NCBI GenBank assembly: GCA_951406725.2
Contig: OX597815.1
Span: 50,840,001-50,904,000, forward strand
Direction: 5' to 3'
Length of the DNA: 64,000 nt
Source of the DNA: Octopus vulgaris
Lineage: Eukaryota
Under the pieces are notes generated by a model. The model did not search any database and was not told the origin of the DNA. It saw nothing but the letters and a program-made list of their open reading frames with translations. Numbering within the stretch: the stretch's first letter is position 1; each line of letters opens with the position of its first letter. Shown here piece after piece: positions 1 to 14,500 of this stretch. The position numbers and the translations under genes were made by a program.

Positions 1-1129
1 AAATCGTTGTGAACTATCTCCTCATAATTCCACCAGACACAGAGCATCACCTTGTGTTCAAAATACGCATGTTTGACGACAAGTTCCAACCATTACTTAT
101 GGGCTGCTAATTTGACACTAAGAATGAAAATTGTACTGTCAAAGTATAAGGAATAAAAAATCTATTCGTTGGGTCCAAGTAACAGATATCTGTATGGTAA
201 GCTCTGAAAAAGTTGTGATAGATTTATTGTGACTGGCCTTCAATAGGTGCAAGATGTTTAATTTAGTTCATAGATTATCATGTAACATTTACTTAAACCA
301 CGCATCAAATTTGTTACATATCTTATGCTTATTTCTGCAAGGTGGCTTCTTTTTGTATTATGAATATATTGATCTCAAGTAGATTTTCCTTTGAATTTGA
401 CAGCAAAAAACAAATCTTAGGAAAAGAGTCGACCTTCTCTCCAACAAGAGTCTTATGACCAACTTAGATTACTATTTAAAAATGAAGGTGGAAGTGCAAA
501 AGGAAGACCTGATTATAAGTAAATTTTACAAGAGGAAGAAGAGTACTGTTGGTATTATATGGGTTTGTGTGGTAATGCTCCAGTTCTTGTCATTAGGCTG
601 AAAGTGAATGTATGCCTGCGACATTGCATGATAGAAGTTTTTAGTGTTTTAAGTGGCTTAGTAGAGTATATCTTTTATTTCTCTTTACATTGATGTACAT
701 ATGTTCAAAATCTTATACACTTACAAAAACCTCTATAGTTATATGTACATACATACACACACACACACACAGATAGATATAGGATTACAATGGTACAACC
801 AGAAACTTTGCCTTTATGAGACCAAGCCATTTTAGAAACATATTTCCTTTTCCAAGCTACAACCAAACAAAGAAGGGGTTACTTAGCCCAACAAACTAAC
901 AAAATATTAACTTATCGATTTTATCTAATTTGGTGAACTGGAGTATACTGAGTTAAGTACCTTAGTTCTAGAAGCATTTCAGTGCTGGTGATGAGTTTCC
1001 AAGAGTCTACTAGCTGTAATTATATATACACACATTGTATATATAGTGTGTTATTTAACATACTCTATTCTTTCTTACTTCTTTGTTTAATGTAAGCATT
1101 GCAGATATTATTGATAGTATTACTATGGC

Positions 1130-1450
1130 TTTAGGTGCAGAATGTACCTGATAAAATATTTTGTGGTATTTAATCATGCCTCTCTAAATTCCAAGTTCAG
1201 ATCCCACTGGTAAACAAATAAATATCCATTGTATTTTAAAAGATGATTTAATCCCCCATTCTCTTTCCCAAATATGAAGTGGATGGCCCAAGTGGTTGAA
1301 TGCTGGATAAAATAACTTGTGACATTTAATTGTGTCACTTTTAAGGTCTGTGTTCAATTCCCACCAGTATTAATTTCACTTTTCATCTTCCCAAAGATAA
1401 TAAAATAAATATTAGTCAAGTACTTGGGTCAATTTAATCAATTATAACTG
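1130..1450 (+). mobile_element. Two adjacent degraded family C SINE copies
   Basis: agttcagatcccac and gttcaattcccacc...ttttcatctt...aataaaataaat...agtacttgggtcaatttaatc. Confidence 0.5.
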
Positions 1451-3021
1451 CCTCAAAAGTGTTTAGACTTCAACTTTATATTTACTTGAAACTTTATACT
1501 ACTGTGAATCCAAATTATTATATTTTCTAATTAATTAAATCTTATAGTTTTTTTATCTTTTAATCAAATGCTAAGCTCTGCAAAATAATTTTTTTATGAA
1601 ATAGGGGTTCAGTTTAATAAAAAACTTTACATTTAGTGCTTTTTAGATATATTTTTATTTTGTTCTGTATTCATTACAGATTAAGTTCATAGCTTTCAAA
1701 AAAGACAATTTAAGTTATTTATCCTGCTCTGGATACTGCTGGCTATCCTTTGGCTAGGTGTCGGGAAGAAAGAAAAAACTGTTCCTCCACTAATATATTG
1801 TTGAGTTGAAAGAGAGGTGTAAAAAAAGATGAGTTTGATTGTTTTTTTTCCCCTCCTCCAAAGTTACTTGTATTTTTAGCCTAAGATTTTCTCATTGTTA
1901 ACTGTTAGCAATACTACAATAACTCATTTAACTGTGGCATATGATCTCTATAAATCAGGTAGCTCATTTGAAATTCAGGACCACATCAGTTCTTATCAAC
2001 TTTGGGCACCAATTGTGCTGTCTAAAGAAGTTATCTCCTTCACCTGGTCCACCTAACTGCCTGCCAACCATGAAGAATCACCTATCAATACACACTATCA
2101 GATTGAACCCAATGACAAATTTGTCTCCTTCTCTTGATCTATATTGGGCAATTTGTTTTTTTTTCTCTCATATATTTTTGTACCTGTTCTTTTTTGCTTC
2201 ATTTTTGTTATTTTTCTTGAGCTGTTTGTTACTTGGACAGTTCCCAACAGACATTTCAACCAGATGCCAATGCATTCTTCAGAAAAGAATACTAACAATA
2301 TTTTCTTGCAATTATAAATCACTTGTGTATATGTGCAGACTTGTTTGCTGATGTGAAAGCTATATGGCAAGGCAAGAGTTGGAGGCAAGGAAAAGAAAAT
2401 TTTACTGATTTTATATGGTTAGCATCAATCTAGAATATTCTAAAACCAATATCTGTTTTATATCTTATATAATCAGTACTAGAGGTTTATGGGTAGAGTG
2501 AACATAGCAAAGTTATTTGTCATCATTATTCATATGGCATTACTTGTTTTATTTTAACTTTATTTATTTAATTCTTTTTGGCTTTTTATGCCTTGTAAAA
2601 AGTTTCTTTCTCAGATGTTTATTTTAAAGAAAAAAAAGAAAAAAGACATTAATTTTATTTATGGATAACACCAAATTTGTGAGACATTTCTCATTTTTCT
2701 CTAATAGAATATCACATGCTATGGTGTGATTTTTTTATTGCTTTCTTTTTAAAATTATTTTATAGTTTCATAAGCTTAATCATGTTTTCTTCGAATGATT
2801 AGTGTTTACCTTTCCCCTATTCAAAGCACTTCAAGGTAAAATGTGACATGAGCCAAGCGAGTAAATGATACCATGTGTTTCATTTTGGAAATAGATTTTC
2901 TTTTTTGTTACACTCTTTATTGCCAAGAATATTTTTCTTTTATTTCTATTCCCCAGGTTTGCATATATTATTTAACAATAATTTTCATCTGATATAAATT
3001 GCATCTTAGTGTAAGGAAAAT

Positions 3022-3843
3022 TGTGATGCTAGATAAGGTTTTTAAGCTAGGTGATAACAAAAAAGCACCAATGAACACACGCACAGACACACACACACAC
3101 ACACACACACACTTACACACACACACACACACTTACACACACACAAACACATATATATATATTCATTTTCTGAAGATTAAATTTTCCTCCTTAGCATTTG
3201 TAAAGAAACTTTGCAATGTGCAATGTTGTGATTTGAGGATTTTGGTGAATGCGTGTGCATGTTTATATGCATGAATGTGATGCTAGATAAGGTTTTTAAG
3301 CTAGGTGATAACAAAAAAAGCACTAATTCTTTTATTCTTATACTTGCTTCAGTCATTTGACTGCAGCCATGCTGGGGCACTACTTTTAGTCAAACAAATC
3401 GAACCCAGCACTTTGTAAGCCTAGTACATATTCTATCGGTTCTATTGCCTAACCGCTAAGTTACAGGGATGCAAACACACCAACACTGGTTTTCAAGCGA
3501 TGATGGGGGGGACAAACATACACACACATATATATATTTATATATGTGACGGGCTTCTTTCAGTTTCCATCTACCAAATCCACTCACAAGGCTTTGGTCG
3601 ACCCTTACCCTAGGTGCCACGCAATGGAACTGAACCCAGAACAATGTGGTTGGAAAGCAAACTTCTTACCACACAGCCATTCCTGCGCCTATATGAACAC
3701 ACACACACACACACACATACATACACACACACATTCAATTTCTGAAGACTAAATTTTCCTCCTTAGGATTTGTAAAGAAACTTTGCGATGTGCAATGTTG
3801 TGTTTTGAGGATTTTGGTGAATGCATGTGCATGTTTATATGCA
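3022..3843 (+). repeat. Tandem duplication of a ~250-bp unit (3022-3271; 3276-3843), the second copy interrupted by a SINE
   Basis: tgtgatgctagataaggtttttaagctaggtgataacaaaaaagcac and tctgaaga.taaattttcctccttag...gtgcatgtttatatgca each occur twice. Confidence 0.9.
3328..3690 (-). mobile_element. tRNA-derived SINE, family A (internal (TA/TG)n, 3' end tgactgaagcaagtataaga)
   Basis: Head ggcgcaggaatggctgtgtggtaagaag (A box) and gggttcagttcc (B box). Near-identical to copies at 27135, 56801 and 60397. Confidence 0.85.
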
Positions 3844-6464
3844 CACACATTAAATCAAGGAAAGTGAATAGCAGGATGAAGAGTTCTCAGAATATTTACA
3901 TCAAAGGGAATATATTAATTCTCTTTCATAGGACCCCTTTAAACTCTTATCTCAAAATAATACTGTTAGTCACCAACAAGTACTAGTCAAATACAATTTT
4001 ACAACAGACACTTGTATTTTATTCAGTAATTACTGGGAGTGATGAAAGATTTTAAATTTTCGTAAAAGACAAAAATACAAGAATATTGTTCAATATTTTG
4101 TAGCATTCTAACATTCTTTATGGTCTATAATTCCCGGTGTTGGCTCCATTTATTAACAAATTTAAGAACGATTTGTTAAATTAATTTCTCCAACAGCTTC
4201 TACAGTTCATAGCATAACCAAAAACACTTGTCTAAAAAACTGTATCCTATACATCAGTATCACATACCAAAATGTGATCCTATATATGCTTGTTTATTCT
4301 GTTTACAGTGTGTGTTCAAGAAATTATTGGACAATTTTCTATTTAGTCTTAGAATATAAAGATCAGTCACCTCTATAAAATTGATTCATTAGAAACTTTG
4401 TATATATGAATAAGAGGTAGGATCTATCTTTTCTTGGCAAGTATCAGAAACCTGTCTTTGCTGATAAGTAAAGTTAAATAAAAATATTCATGAAAGAGCT
4501 AGAAATCAAACAACATAGTGGTGTTAGAGTCAGCAAATATATTTAATTTATTAGTGCATGGCCTTTTGGAAACCTACATAATTTCCACGAGGCTCATAAA
4601 CCAATAAACCTTAGTTCATATTTAATTACCTATATTTGGCAATGCAATAAAAACAGTGAATCTCGTGAGACCTGTTGATATTGAATAAGAGTTCCTTGAA
4701 GTCTAGAATGTTTTTTTAATTAGAAAATCAATAGTTACCTGAATGCATCCATTGATAATGTGGAGTTTCATTACAGGAAAACACCAGCTTTTGAATAAGT
4801 TGAAGAAATTAATCCAATACCAGTTTGTCACTTAATGACTTTTTTCTCGAATGTATGATTAAATATATTTTCAACAAGAATATTCATATTACATAAACAC
4901 CTGATATTTCAAATCTTCAGATTCTTAGGCAAAATGAGGTAATTGATTTGCTTATTTTTATTAATTCAGATTAGTGTGTAAGTTTTACCTATTCAAGAAT
5001 TTGTACCAAAAGATTAATCCAGCCCATTATGTCTTTTTTTTTATAAAGTCTAGAGGTACAATGTTTCAGTTTGTTTGTGTTTTGTTGTGATTAACATATA
5101 TTCAGAATTAGATCCTTGCATAGTAAATGCAAAAATGACCAAATGATCCTCTTGTTGAATAAACATTACACTTAATTCTCTGCTTAATTACACTTAATTC
5201 TCTTCACCTATTAATCAAAAATAAGTACTGAGTTTGTATAGCAGCATCTTATGGAAGTATAGAATTTGCGAGGCTGGTATTATTTGTTGCCTTAGTATTT
5301 CATTTATTTCTTCTATAAAATATGTAAATTGTGTTATTTTGTTGGAGTGTTGGTAAAGTGACTTAATTTCTTAACCACTTTTGGTAACAGAACCACTGTG
5401 TGATTGATAGGAAATATGTTAACTTGCAATATACTGAGGTTAAATCTTTCTGCCAGCCAGGAGAAAAAAAAAAAAGCAACAGAGTGTATAAGTGTATCTA
5501 TCCTAAAAGACAGCTATCTTCTTTACTGAACTGAATAGATCTCCATTGATAGGTATCTCAATAAGAAGGAATTTTATAATTAACTCTATTTGATACACTT
5601 TCATAAAACAAAGAAGCAATTTTTCCCTATGTATATGTTTGAGTTTGACTTTTTTTGTATTTTCTTATATTTCTCCATTTTTTATGATATATACGATTTT
5701 ATTTTCGATTCTTTAAAAAGTTAATTTGTTAAAATTCTTCTCTTTGATAGCTAATCATATACTGATAGTCTGAGTTTTAAAAAACAAGAATGTTATAGCA
5801 TTTGTGTTCATTTTATAACCACATTGACCAACAAATATATATTCCATAAACATTCATGTTGATAATCTTTTTAGAATCACTTTGACGGTTTTGTACTCTT
5901 GCCATGTCAGTTTTACTAGGAAAACTTATTTTTATTTCACAAGTAATTATTACGACCTGTGCATTCAAATACTTTTTTTTGCGTATGTGCATTTTTGTTT
6001 TGTGTATGAGGATGTAACAGTGTGTTTCTATGTATGTGGTGGGGTGTTGTTTATTGACTTCACTCAGAAGAGGCATTACCATAAATTCTTCATTTTTCAT
6101 TGCCTACATCTCTAAATATATTATCTCATAAACTACTTCTTTTTTAACCTAGCTCAACAGAAATTCTTTTTGGATTTTTCATCAGCAATTTGTTGTACTG
6201 CTTCACTGATTTTTGGACCAAATTTTCTCAAAGGCCAAGAAACAGCTTGGTCTCATTAAAATACAATTGATAACTACTGTCTATTTTATGGGCTGTACAT
6301 TTCCTAAAACTTCAAAAGTGAACAAGATTCATTTTGGTCAAATTTTATCTTTTCATTTATTTTACTTCTTACTTTTTCATCAGTGACATCATCTCTTGTT
6401 GATCTTGTTACAAGGGTGAATGAATATTTATACTTACTTTCATGACATGGCTCTGTAAAGATAT

Positions 6465-7150
6465 AATAATAATAATAATAATAATAATTATAATAATAAT
6501 AATAATAATAGATTCTTTATTTGCCAAAAGAGTAACAAATGGGGGACATAACAAAAACAGTAGTGGTTTTTACATCAAGTAAAAAAGAGATTATATATGC
6601 ATGCATGCACAAGTACGTGTGTGTGTAAAAGAAGTTTAAAATGTAAATGTGTTAAGATATATTATGGATGTCTCTCAAAAGGGAGAAAGTAACCAAAAAC
6701 AAAATATAAGGCTTCCAACAAATCCTTAAATATCCTTCAACACTGAGGCAAGTACCTTCTCCCTGCAAGGAAATTAAAAACAAGTCCTCTAGAAGGGAGT
6801 ATTCAGTTTGTCCTGATTAATACCCAAAATTGCTTCCCGGCCTTTACCTCTCATATCCTCTATAGAATGCTCATGCTAATGTTCCATTAATCCCATTGCT
6901 CATCAATGAGCTATCTTGTCAACTTTCTGGATGCCATTCACCCAACCTCAGTCTACACTTGAGCCAAACAATAAAAGAGCATTGAGAAAAAGCAGCCTTA
7001 ATAGATCAAGCACACAATGCAAAGCAGTTCCAGTAGGTAAGCCAAACAACCCAGCAATGAGTTGGAAATGTATCTTGAGAGATGTCTGATGAAAATCATG
7101 CACATCCAGTAGCAGAACAAATGAAAGAGTGTCAGAATATCTGACCAAGT
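6465..7150 (-). mobile_element. Probable 3' end of a decayed LINE (L1/Tx1-like) with (TAA)n tail
   Basis: (TAA)n at 6465-6510 abuts a higher-complexity block containing a remnant reading frame (6948-7148). The family assignment is from recollection only. Confidence 0.3.
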
Positions 7151-7199
7151 CATTATCTATTAATAATTACAAATAACAAAATTATGTTAGTAAACATTA

Positions 7200-7367
7200 T
7201 CCTGTTTTACAGTGATTTAAACTAAAACCTTCTATTGAAATATCATTAAGTTATGTTCTAAACACAAGCTTAATAAAGATAAAGCTATTTTACTAGTTTT
7301 CATTAATTCAAAAATTAATTGAAACAGAATCAGTGTATTTCAAAAGAAATATGATAACAAGTGTTAA
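7200..7367. repeat. AT-rich dispersed repeat (probable second TTAA-type MITE family); related copies near 17680-17860 and 22375-22516
   Basis: Shared aaaattaattgaaa...gtgtatttcaa...aaatatg.taac.aa.gtgttaa end motif. Confidence 0.5.
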
Positions 7368-7709
7368 ATGCTACACAGGGAACTTCAGAACATTAAGTTA
7401 TTTAACTGTAGTTGTTGGATTCTTGTTCTTATCATTTTAACTTGGAAGCAATTTATTGTTGATTCTTGAATTCTTCATCTTGTTATAGGGGAGTGTGTAG
7501 TTAATCTGGATGAACCTAGGTTTCACCCTGCAAGGATGAAAATCAAGGTATATTCTGATGGAATTTCTGATACAGAATTTCGGATAAGAACAAAGCTAAA
7601 TATTTATGTGCATTAAGTCTATGGTCATCTTCACTGACCATTTATTGTTAGATGCTGCATCTTGTTTGATGAGGTTTTCTTGTTTGTTTATTTATTTATA
7701 TATATAAAC

Positions 7710-7713
<4 letters not shown>

Positions 7714-7777
<64 letters not shown>
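7714..7777. repeat. Compound (CT)n(AT)n microsatellite
   Basis: Direct reading. Confidence 0.9.
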
Positions 7778-7778
<1 letters not shown>

Positions 7779-10700
7779 TCAAAATCTTAAACCAACTATT
7801 TATTACAAAGCCTGAAAACAGATGACTCAAAATTTGTTACTGATATCTTTCCAAGGGCTATTAATGATGTATATATTTTGGATTCAAATAAAAGCTATAA
7901 ATCTGGGTTGCAGATACCATTTTCTAGAATTTATTATAACAAACATCTTCACCCATAATTATAGTGATTTAGTTGTTCTTTTAAAGTATTTTTCTGTCAA
8001 AAAGTTATTACAAAATTATATTAATTTGGATATAATGTACTGCTTATGTATTTATGTATTTAAGTTCAATAAAATAATAACAGTGAAAGCAGCAGCAGCA
8101 CCACCACCAGTAGTAGTAGTAGTAGTAGTAAAATACATAAGAATGTTTTGAAATTTTTTTCCTATAAAGAACAGGCTATATAGTTTTTGCTCTTTTTGAA
8201 TATATTTTATTCTTCCTTAAAGTCTTAGTTGCTTCTTCCTGTTGTATACTGTTTCCTTGTGTCCCCATTTTCACCCTTTTTTTTCTTTTTTGTTCCCTCT
8301 TATTTTGATAAGGAAGTTGTTGCTTTCACTTCCTGGATTTCTTTCTGTTTGTTGATTAGAGAGAATACTCTTCCCTTCTGTGTCATCCTAATGTCTCCTA
8401 AACATCTGTATCTATTTCTGTTTTTCTAATCAACATCTAGTGTCCCTTACCATATTAGGTATCTGTGTAGGACCAGATGAACCTTAGAAAAGTAGATGAT
8501 AACTTCAGCATGTCAACAGCTGCTATGGTGATGCTACTTAGCAGAGGGATGTAAGAAGGAGGTCACCTCTACTTCTTTTCTTATATTCTGCTGCTACGCA
8601 CATGTAAAGTACCACATATACAACATTACTGTATGTTGTTGTGATAATACCCCACTGAGAGAACTGATTTTTCTTATCATAGACATTAAATAAAATAAAA
8701 AATAAAAAACTGTACTGCCTTTGTACTAGTAAAGAGTGGGCTATTTGATGCTTAGTATTATCTGAACAAACCCAGGCGACAAAGTTGTCTGGTGAGAGTA
8801 TATCACAGTTTGGCAGGACCAGAATGACTTAACATGTCGCCAAAATGAAGATGTTCATAGATACAATCAGGACAGGTCTGAGATCTTTTTTTACAGTATA
8901 GTTATGGCCTTGTTGAGGTTGTTTTGTTGCTAGTTGTCAAGTGGAACAAGCAAGCAATTTGTATGAAGCGCTGTTGAAGTTTTTCTTTTTTCCTTTCACA
9001 ATTAACAATAAAATATGATTTGTTTTAATCCTTATTAACTCACACTGGCTTATTGAACATACTCCTTCACCTCTTTAACATAATCAGAGCATCCTAAGTT
9101 AACTTGGGATACTTCTGGCACCAGGGTCATCTTGGAGGTCAGCTTATCTATGAAGGTCTCTAGTTTTTTTGTTCCTCCCTCTGTTCCAAGTGTCTCCCTG
9201 GCTATCAGATTATTAAACAAAGATCTCACCACATTACAAAACAATATATAAGAAGCTAGAGTTTGTTACTATTTTTTTTTAAACAAGTGTAGATCTGTTA
9301 TAAAACTTACTCTACAAATTTCCTTTTTAACATGATGATGTTATTTTATTTCACAGACAAAAAAATCATTAATAAAAGATACACTCAGTCACTTTCTCCT
9401 TCACACACACACGCATGCGCATGCGTACACATCTACATAAGTTCATAAATATATGTTCAAGACATAAACTTACTATCTTACCACTGGTCATAATTAGCTT
9501 CATATTAGATCACTATGAAAAAACCTATTTAATTCTCTTTTCTGTTTTTTGTTTTTGTTTTATAAATGCACATTCATGTTGTTTATATGTAAATGTGTTT
9601 GTATATATGTATATATGCATGTGTGGCTATGATGAGTGTGTTTGGATTTATAAACAAGATAAAAGTGCTGTGTGCCTGTGTATGTATGTTTATATATATA
9701 TATGTATGTGGTAAAAACTCACCTTTGAATAAATGTATATAAATATACATATGGATGTATGTATGCATACGTTTGTATATGCCTGAGTGTATCTTTTATT
9801 AATGCAATTTTTGTTTGCAAAGTAAAATAGCAGCATCATATATGATAAAAGAAAACACTGTAGAATGAGTGTGTGTGTGTATGAGAGGATCTATGTTAGT
9901 GATTTGAACGAGATACTTTGTATTTGTCTGTGTGTCTGTTCTGTACCTATGTATGGATGTATATATGCATGTATAGTTAAGTGCTGGCCAACATACTTTG
10001 TGTAGTGAGCCAAAAAGAATTTTCAATCAATTGAAATTACACTTGTAATGAGAAGAAAAGTCACAATACTCACACACATGTATATATAATGCACATTTTT
10101 TCATTACATTGTATATGGATATAAGAATATTGATACATTTATCTGCTTTTTTTATTTATTGTTTTCACTTTCTTTTTACTTAAGCAATAAAGATAACATG
10201 TTGAGAAGATATTATGTACAAGGTGACCCTTACTTCCTTGAAGCATCTACTTTAACTTTACCATTTTTGGTTTGTTGTGCTTCTTACTTAGCTCCTAAAA
10301 TGTCAAAGACGATTGTGTTGATGATGAATGTTATGTGACATTTTTCAGATACATTGAGGATGGAAATGTGATATGGGCACAAAGACTGTGACTGCTTCCT
10401 TTCTGGCAAAGGAGACAGTTGGCTAAAGGAAGTTGGTTGGCCCCTTAAGAGTTTAAAGTTATATCCTCATGTCTTTGATCTGTATACACACTCTGCTTTC
10501 CTGTTAAAATACATGAAGAGGTAGTGGGGGGTATTATCTAGCATCAACTCCCTGTAACTGATTTTTCTGTGTATTTTCTGTAGTCCCTACTTCTTGCTTC
10601 TCTGTATGCAGGGAACTAAAGTAGTTGTTTTGAGTTTGTTTGTTTGTTTTTCTTAAGGATGGGAGTTGCTAATAAGTAAGCCAAAAGATGATAATAGAAG

Positions 10701-11244
10701 TAGTGGTAGTTTTCATGTCCACTGCAAAAACATCTGGCACAGATAAAAACTAAATCTACAAAACAGCCTTCTATCTTATTACAAATAGCAGTCAAATTTC
10801 CCTCAAATTCATCCCATGGTCTCAAAAAAGGAAGAACACACTAGAAGATGTAGTCTTATTAGCCTGAGTCTGAGTAAAGAAAGAATGGATGGCCATTGCT
10901 AGATCATATATTTGCTGGATTACGGCTGGAATACAGTTAAACAACAACAATAAATCTGTGTAGGAAATAACATTATCATTTTCATCTTTTTATTTCTATA
11001 ACATCTATAAATAACCCATGAGAAAAACTAATTGGTTAAATCTTTAAAAGGAATCTTTAGCATTGCATGTTTCCATGCAACAAACTTTATTTCTCTTATT
11101 GTAATTCCTTCAACCCACCCACACCCATCACACTTCACTATCTTTTCCTGTTTCTGTGATTTTTTTTCTCCCTTCATGCTCCATATAGAATTGAGAAGAA
11201 AATAGGCAGGCGGGAGGGATGTGTATATACATGTGTGTGTATGT

Positions 11245-11535
11245 GAAGGTGTGTGGCCTAAGGGTTAGGGTGTTACACTCACAATCCTTAGGACATGGGT
11301 TCAGTTCCTGGACCAAGTGTGCATTGTATTCTTGAGCAAACACTTCATATGATGTTACTCCAGTCTGCTCAACTGTAAATGGGTAACCCTGTGATGAACT
11401 AGCTTTCCAATCAGAGGGAATGTTGGCCTACTTGCCTAACCAGCAGAGTAGCATCATTCGAAAGATAACATATGCAAAGTACATTGTGACCAGCAATATA
11501 ACAACATCCTGTAATTTGGTCAATCATGTGATCAC
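11245..11535 (+). mobile_element. tRNA-derived SINE, family B
   Basis: Head gaaggtgtgtggcctaagggttagggtgtt (A box) and gggttcagttcctgg (B box), then ttcttgagcaaacacttc. Homologous to 26090-26283 (-) and 57961-58080. Confidence 0.75.
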
Positions 11536-14500
11536 AGTCACCATATTTTATTCCATAATGACTACCTCTGATCAGCACAGGGTTATATAATCAGATTGTT
11601 ATCTAACACTGTTGAATCCTTAGCGCAAAGCCAATTGTTAAGATCGGCCATAATGGATATATAATACTGTACACTTCGAATAATATATACACACACACAC
11701 ATACATGCACACAATACATACATGCCCCAATTAAATAACACAAACACTCGAAAAAGTACTTATGTAATCATTGTGGTGAAACTTAACTATATAGCATACA
11801 CATTACAATATATATACACATTAAATTTTAAACAAAATTTTGGGGCTTTTTCCTTCTTTTTTTTGTACAGGCATATATATATACATACATATATTATATG
11901 AATTCTTGATGGATATTTGAGAAAATATTTATAACTGAATGTTATAAAAGCTTACAAATTCACCTTTAAAATTCATCCCATACTTATCTCCCCTATACTT
12001 GATGTATTTTGCTTGTGTTTTACAAAGTCAGACAGCCAGTTAATTATTTAATTGTCTTGCAGTAAAATCTCCAAACATTTGTAATATTCAAGTATTCAGA
12101 ATAAGTGACTCTGCTCAGTTGTTTGCAATTATATCCAAGTAAATATTAAATATAAAATGGGATTTATCTTCCTCTGATCTAGAGTTTGTAATAGTATTTT
12201 AAAACAGTCAATTGGATTATATACTTTGTTATAGCTAAAACTAAAACCAAAAACCAAAAAATTCTAAGAATACTTGAATTAGATCTAAAATAGGTTAGTA
12301 TTCAGCTTCTAACATAGATATACTGTTATTTAGATTGTCATTGCTTCATGATAAGATCAAATAGGAAAATTATTTTCATTCTTGGCTGAAATTCAAAGTG
12401 GAGCTGTTGGCTTCTCTAAAAGTTAGCATTTTGATGCTAATAGTTTTGATGGATTTTGTCAGCATTTTTCATGTAGATTTTTGTTAGAATTTCAAATTTA
12501 ATATAAGACTATTGTACACATAATTTTATATATTCCTGCATAAAACCAGAAAAGTTTTGTATCCATCTTATTGAAATTTTTCCTATGTATATCTGGTAAG
12601 TATTTGCCAATTGTGTTAATTCTATGGTAGTGTTGTTAATATTGGAAGACAAGATGGTTAAAGTAACTCTACTTTATTCTCTTTAAAAATCCCCCAAAGT
12701 TTTGTTACATCCTATATGCTGACCTTTTAAATCTTGTCTCAAATTATTTGCTTTCAATTGATAAAGACACAAACTTAAGACATTGTAGCAAGTCTCATCA
12801 TCTAGCATACTATAGTATTGAGGACTGTTGACATTTTGCATTTGCAAGATTTGGGGTTAATAAGATGCAAGGTGCCACTCTGCAGCAGACACAACATGCC
12901 ATCTGCTCTAAATATCAAACTTTATGATTCTCAAGTCAAACATCAATGTATCTTTGTTGGAACAAACCCAGGCCTCAGTACTGATCAAAATTTTTGTCTA
13001 AACGAAATTGTTAACTAAGATTGGCATTCTTCTCAATAGGGACTTGTTCTCTTTTATAGTTTTTATTTGTCCTTTTATTTCCTTTATTCTAATTCTCTTT
13101 TCTGAATGGGTGAAGGATGAGGCAGACAATTAATCTTGTTTGTTCTGAACCTATGTTTTTTCCATGTAAAGATAGTATTATCTGTGAGGCTTCTTGCTAA
13201 GGTAGTTTAATCAGTTCTATAAATTATATATAAATATAATAATGTAAATCTCAGTATATATATATATATATGCATCTGTACACATATACCTGTGTTTGTA
13301 CTGTTTATTTAATTAAGCACAATGATGATAGTCATAACAAGAACTTATTATTCGCCATGGCACCTAGTTATTTCAATGACATCTGATAGCATCTTGTTCA
13401 TTGAACTCTTCACTTTATACTTGTAGAAAGCTTTCACTAGAAACCTTTCTTCTGTCTCTTTATTACATTATTAATTTATTTATAGATTTTTCTTCTGTCT
13501 ACTTCAGTTTGGTTTTAGTTTTTGTCTGTTGTTTATTTGCTTTTATTTTAATCACCAAACCTCTTGAAAAGCTCTTCTACAAAATGATAAAGTTAGAAAC
13601 AGCAATAATAACATGTTTTAGTGTATTCAATGTATAACTTTGGTTAGCTGGTTATGTATGTGTGCTTTGTGTGTGTGTATGTATGAAAGAGAGAGAGAGG
13701 CAGACAGACAGCTGACAGACAGATAGAGTAATTTTGTGCATGGATGTTTCACAGTACAAAATAATCTGGTAGAATATTTTATCTTATTCCTTGAAATAGC
13801 AATTCACACATACATGTATAAAACACACACACACATACTCACTCACATGCACATGTATGCATTTACTTTCACACACGATACTTTTGCAATATTATTAACT
13901 ACTCTTCTTTTATTGTTGAACATATTACTAAGATTCAAATATTCTACAAAAATAATATACACATGTACAATGGTAAATGTCAAATATTTCACTATTTTAC
14001 TAATGTTTTGTAATTGGCATTTCTATGAAAATTTACCTTTAATAACAATTCTATTAAGGTTATCATTGGGCATATTTGTCTCAATACTTAAGACATTAAA
14101 AGTTAATGTCTGACCTAAAGACAACTTAGAATTAGTAGTAGGGATTATGTATTTAACTTAGCTTATCCATCTACTACTCTGATAGAATGGTGTAAATATA
14201 CTGCAATATACTTAATAGACTCACATAACTTCTATAAAATTAATTCTCCTCCCATGTCTGAAAATTCATTTTAAATAGATTAAAATCTTTTCAGGGCATT
14301 CCACCCTCTTGATGTTTACTCAGGTTTATTTCACTTAGATATCCTCTAGAAAAGTAACTGCAAATTCCTCAATAATATGTGTCAATTTTATAATTTGCCT
14401 CTTCATTAAAATAATTACAGAGGAAAGACATATCTTAAATGTATCTGGGTGTCAAGGCTTATTTAATTCCTTTTAATGCTAGTTCTATTCTGTTTACTGT

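Noticed and set aside
1941-2388. Overlapping 136-aa and 96-aa ORFs
   Set aside because: F/L- and K-rich compositional artefacts with no recognisable domain or splice structure.
9050-9244. 64-aa minus-strand ORF with protein-like composition
   Set aside because: No recognisable motif or splice signals; possibly an old transposon fragment, but this cannot be supported.
10349-10460. KDCDCFLSGK..GW resembling the upstream BNC exon (CECFQPGK...HGW), after a ttttcag acceptor
   Set aside because: All three frames hit a stop soon after the acceptor, the later CxxC is absent, and there is no suitable phase-1 donor.
11245-11320. tRNA genes at SINE heads (also 26210-26283, 3620-3690)
   Set aside because: A and B boxes are present, but there is no complete cloverleaf and each continues into a SINE body.
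12818-13018. ORF containing IRCKVPLCS, reminiscent of BNC AIRCTxxNC
   Set aside because: There is no matching acceptor, and the rest of the motif (CECF.PGK, C..C.HGW) is missing.
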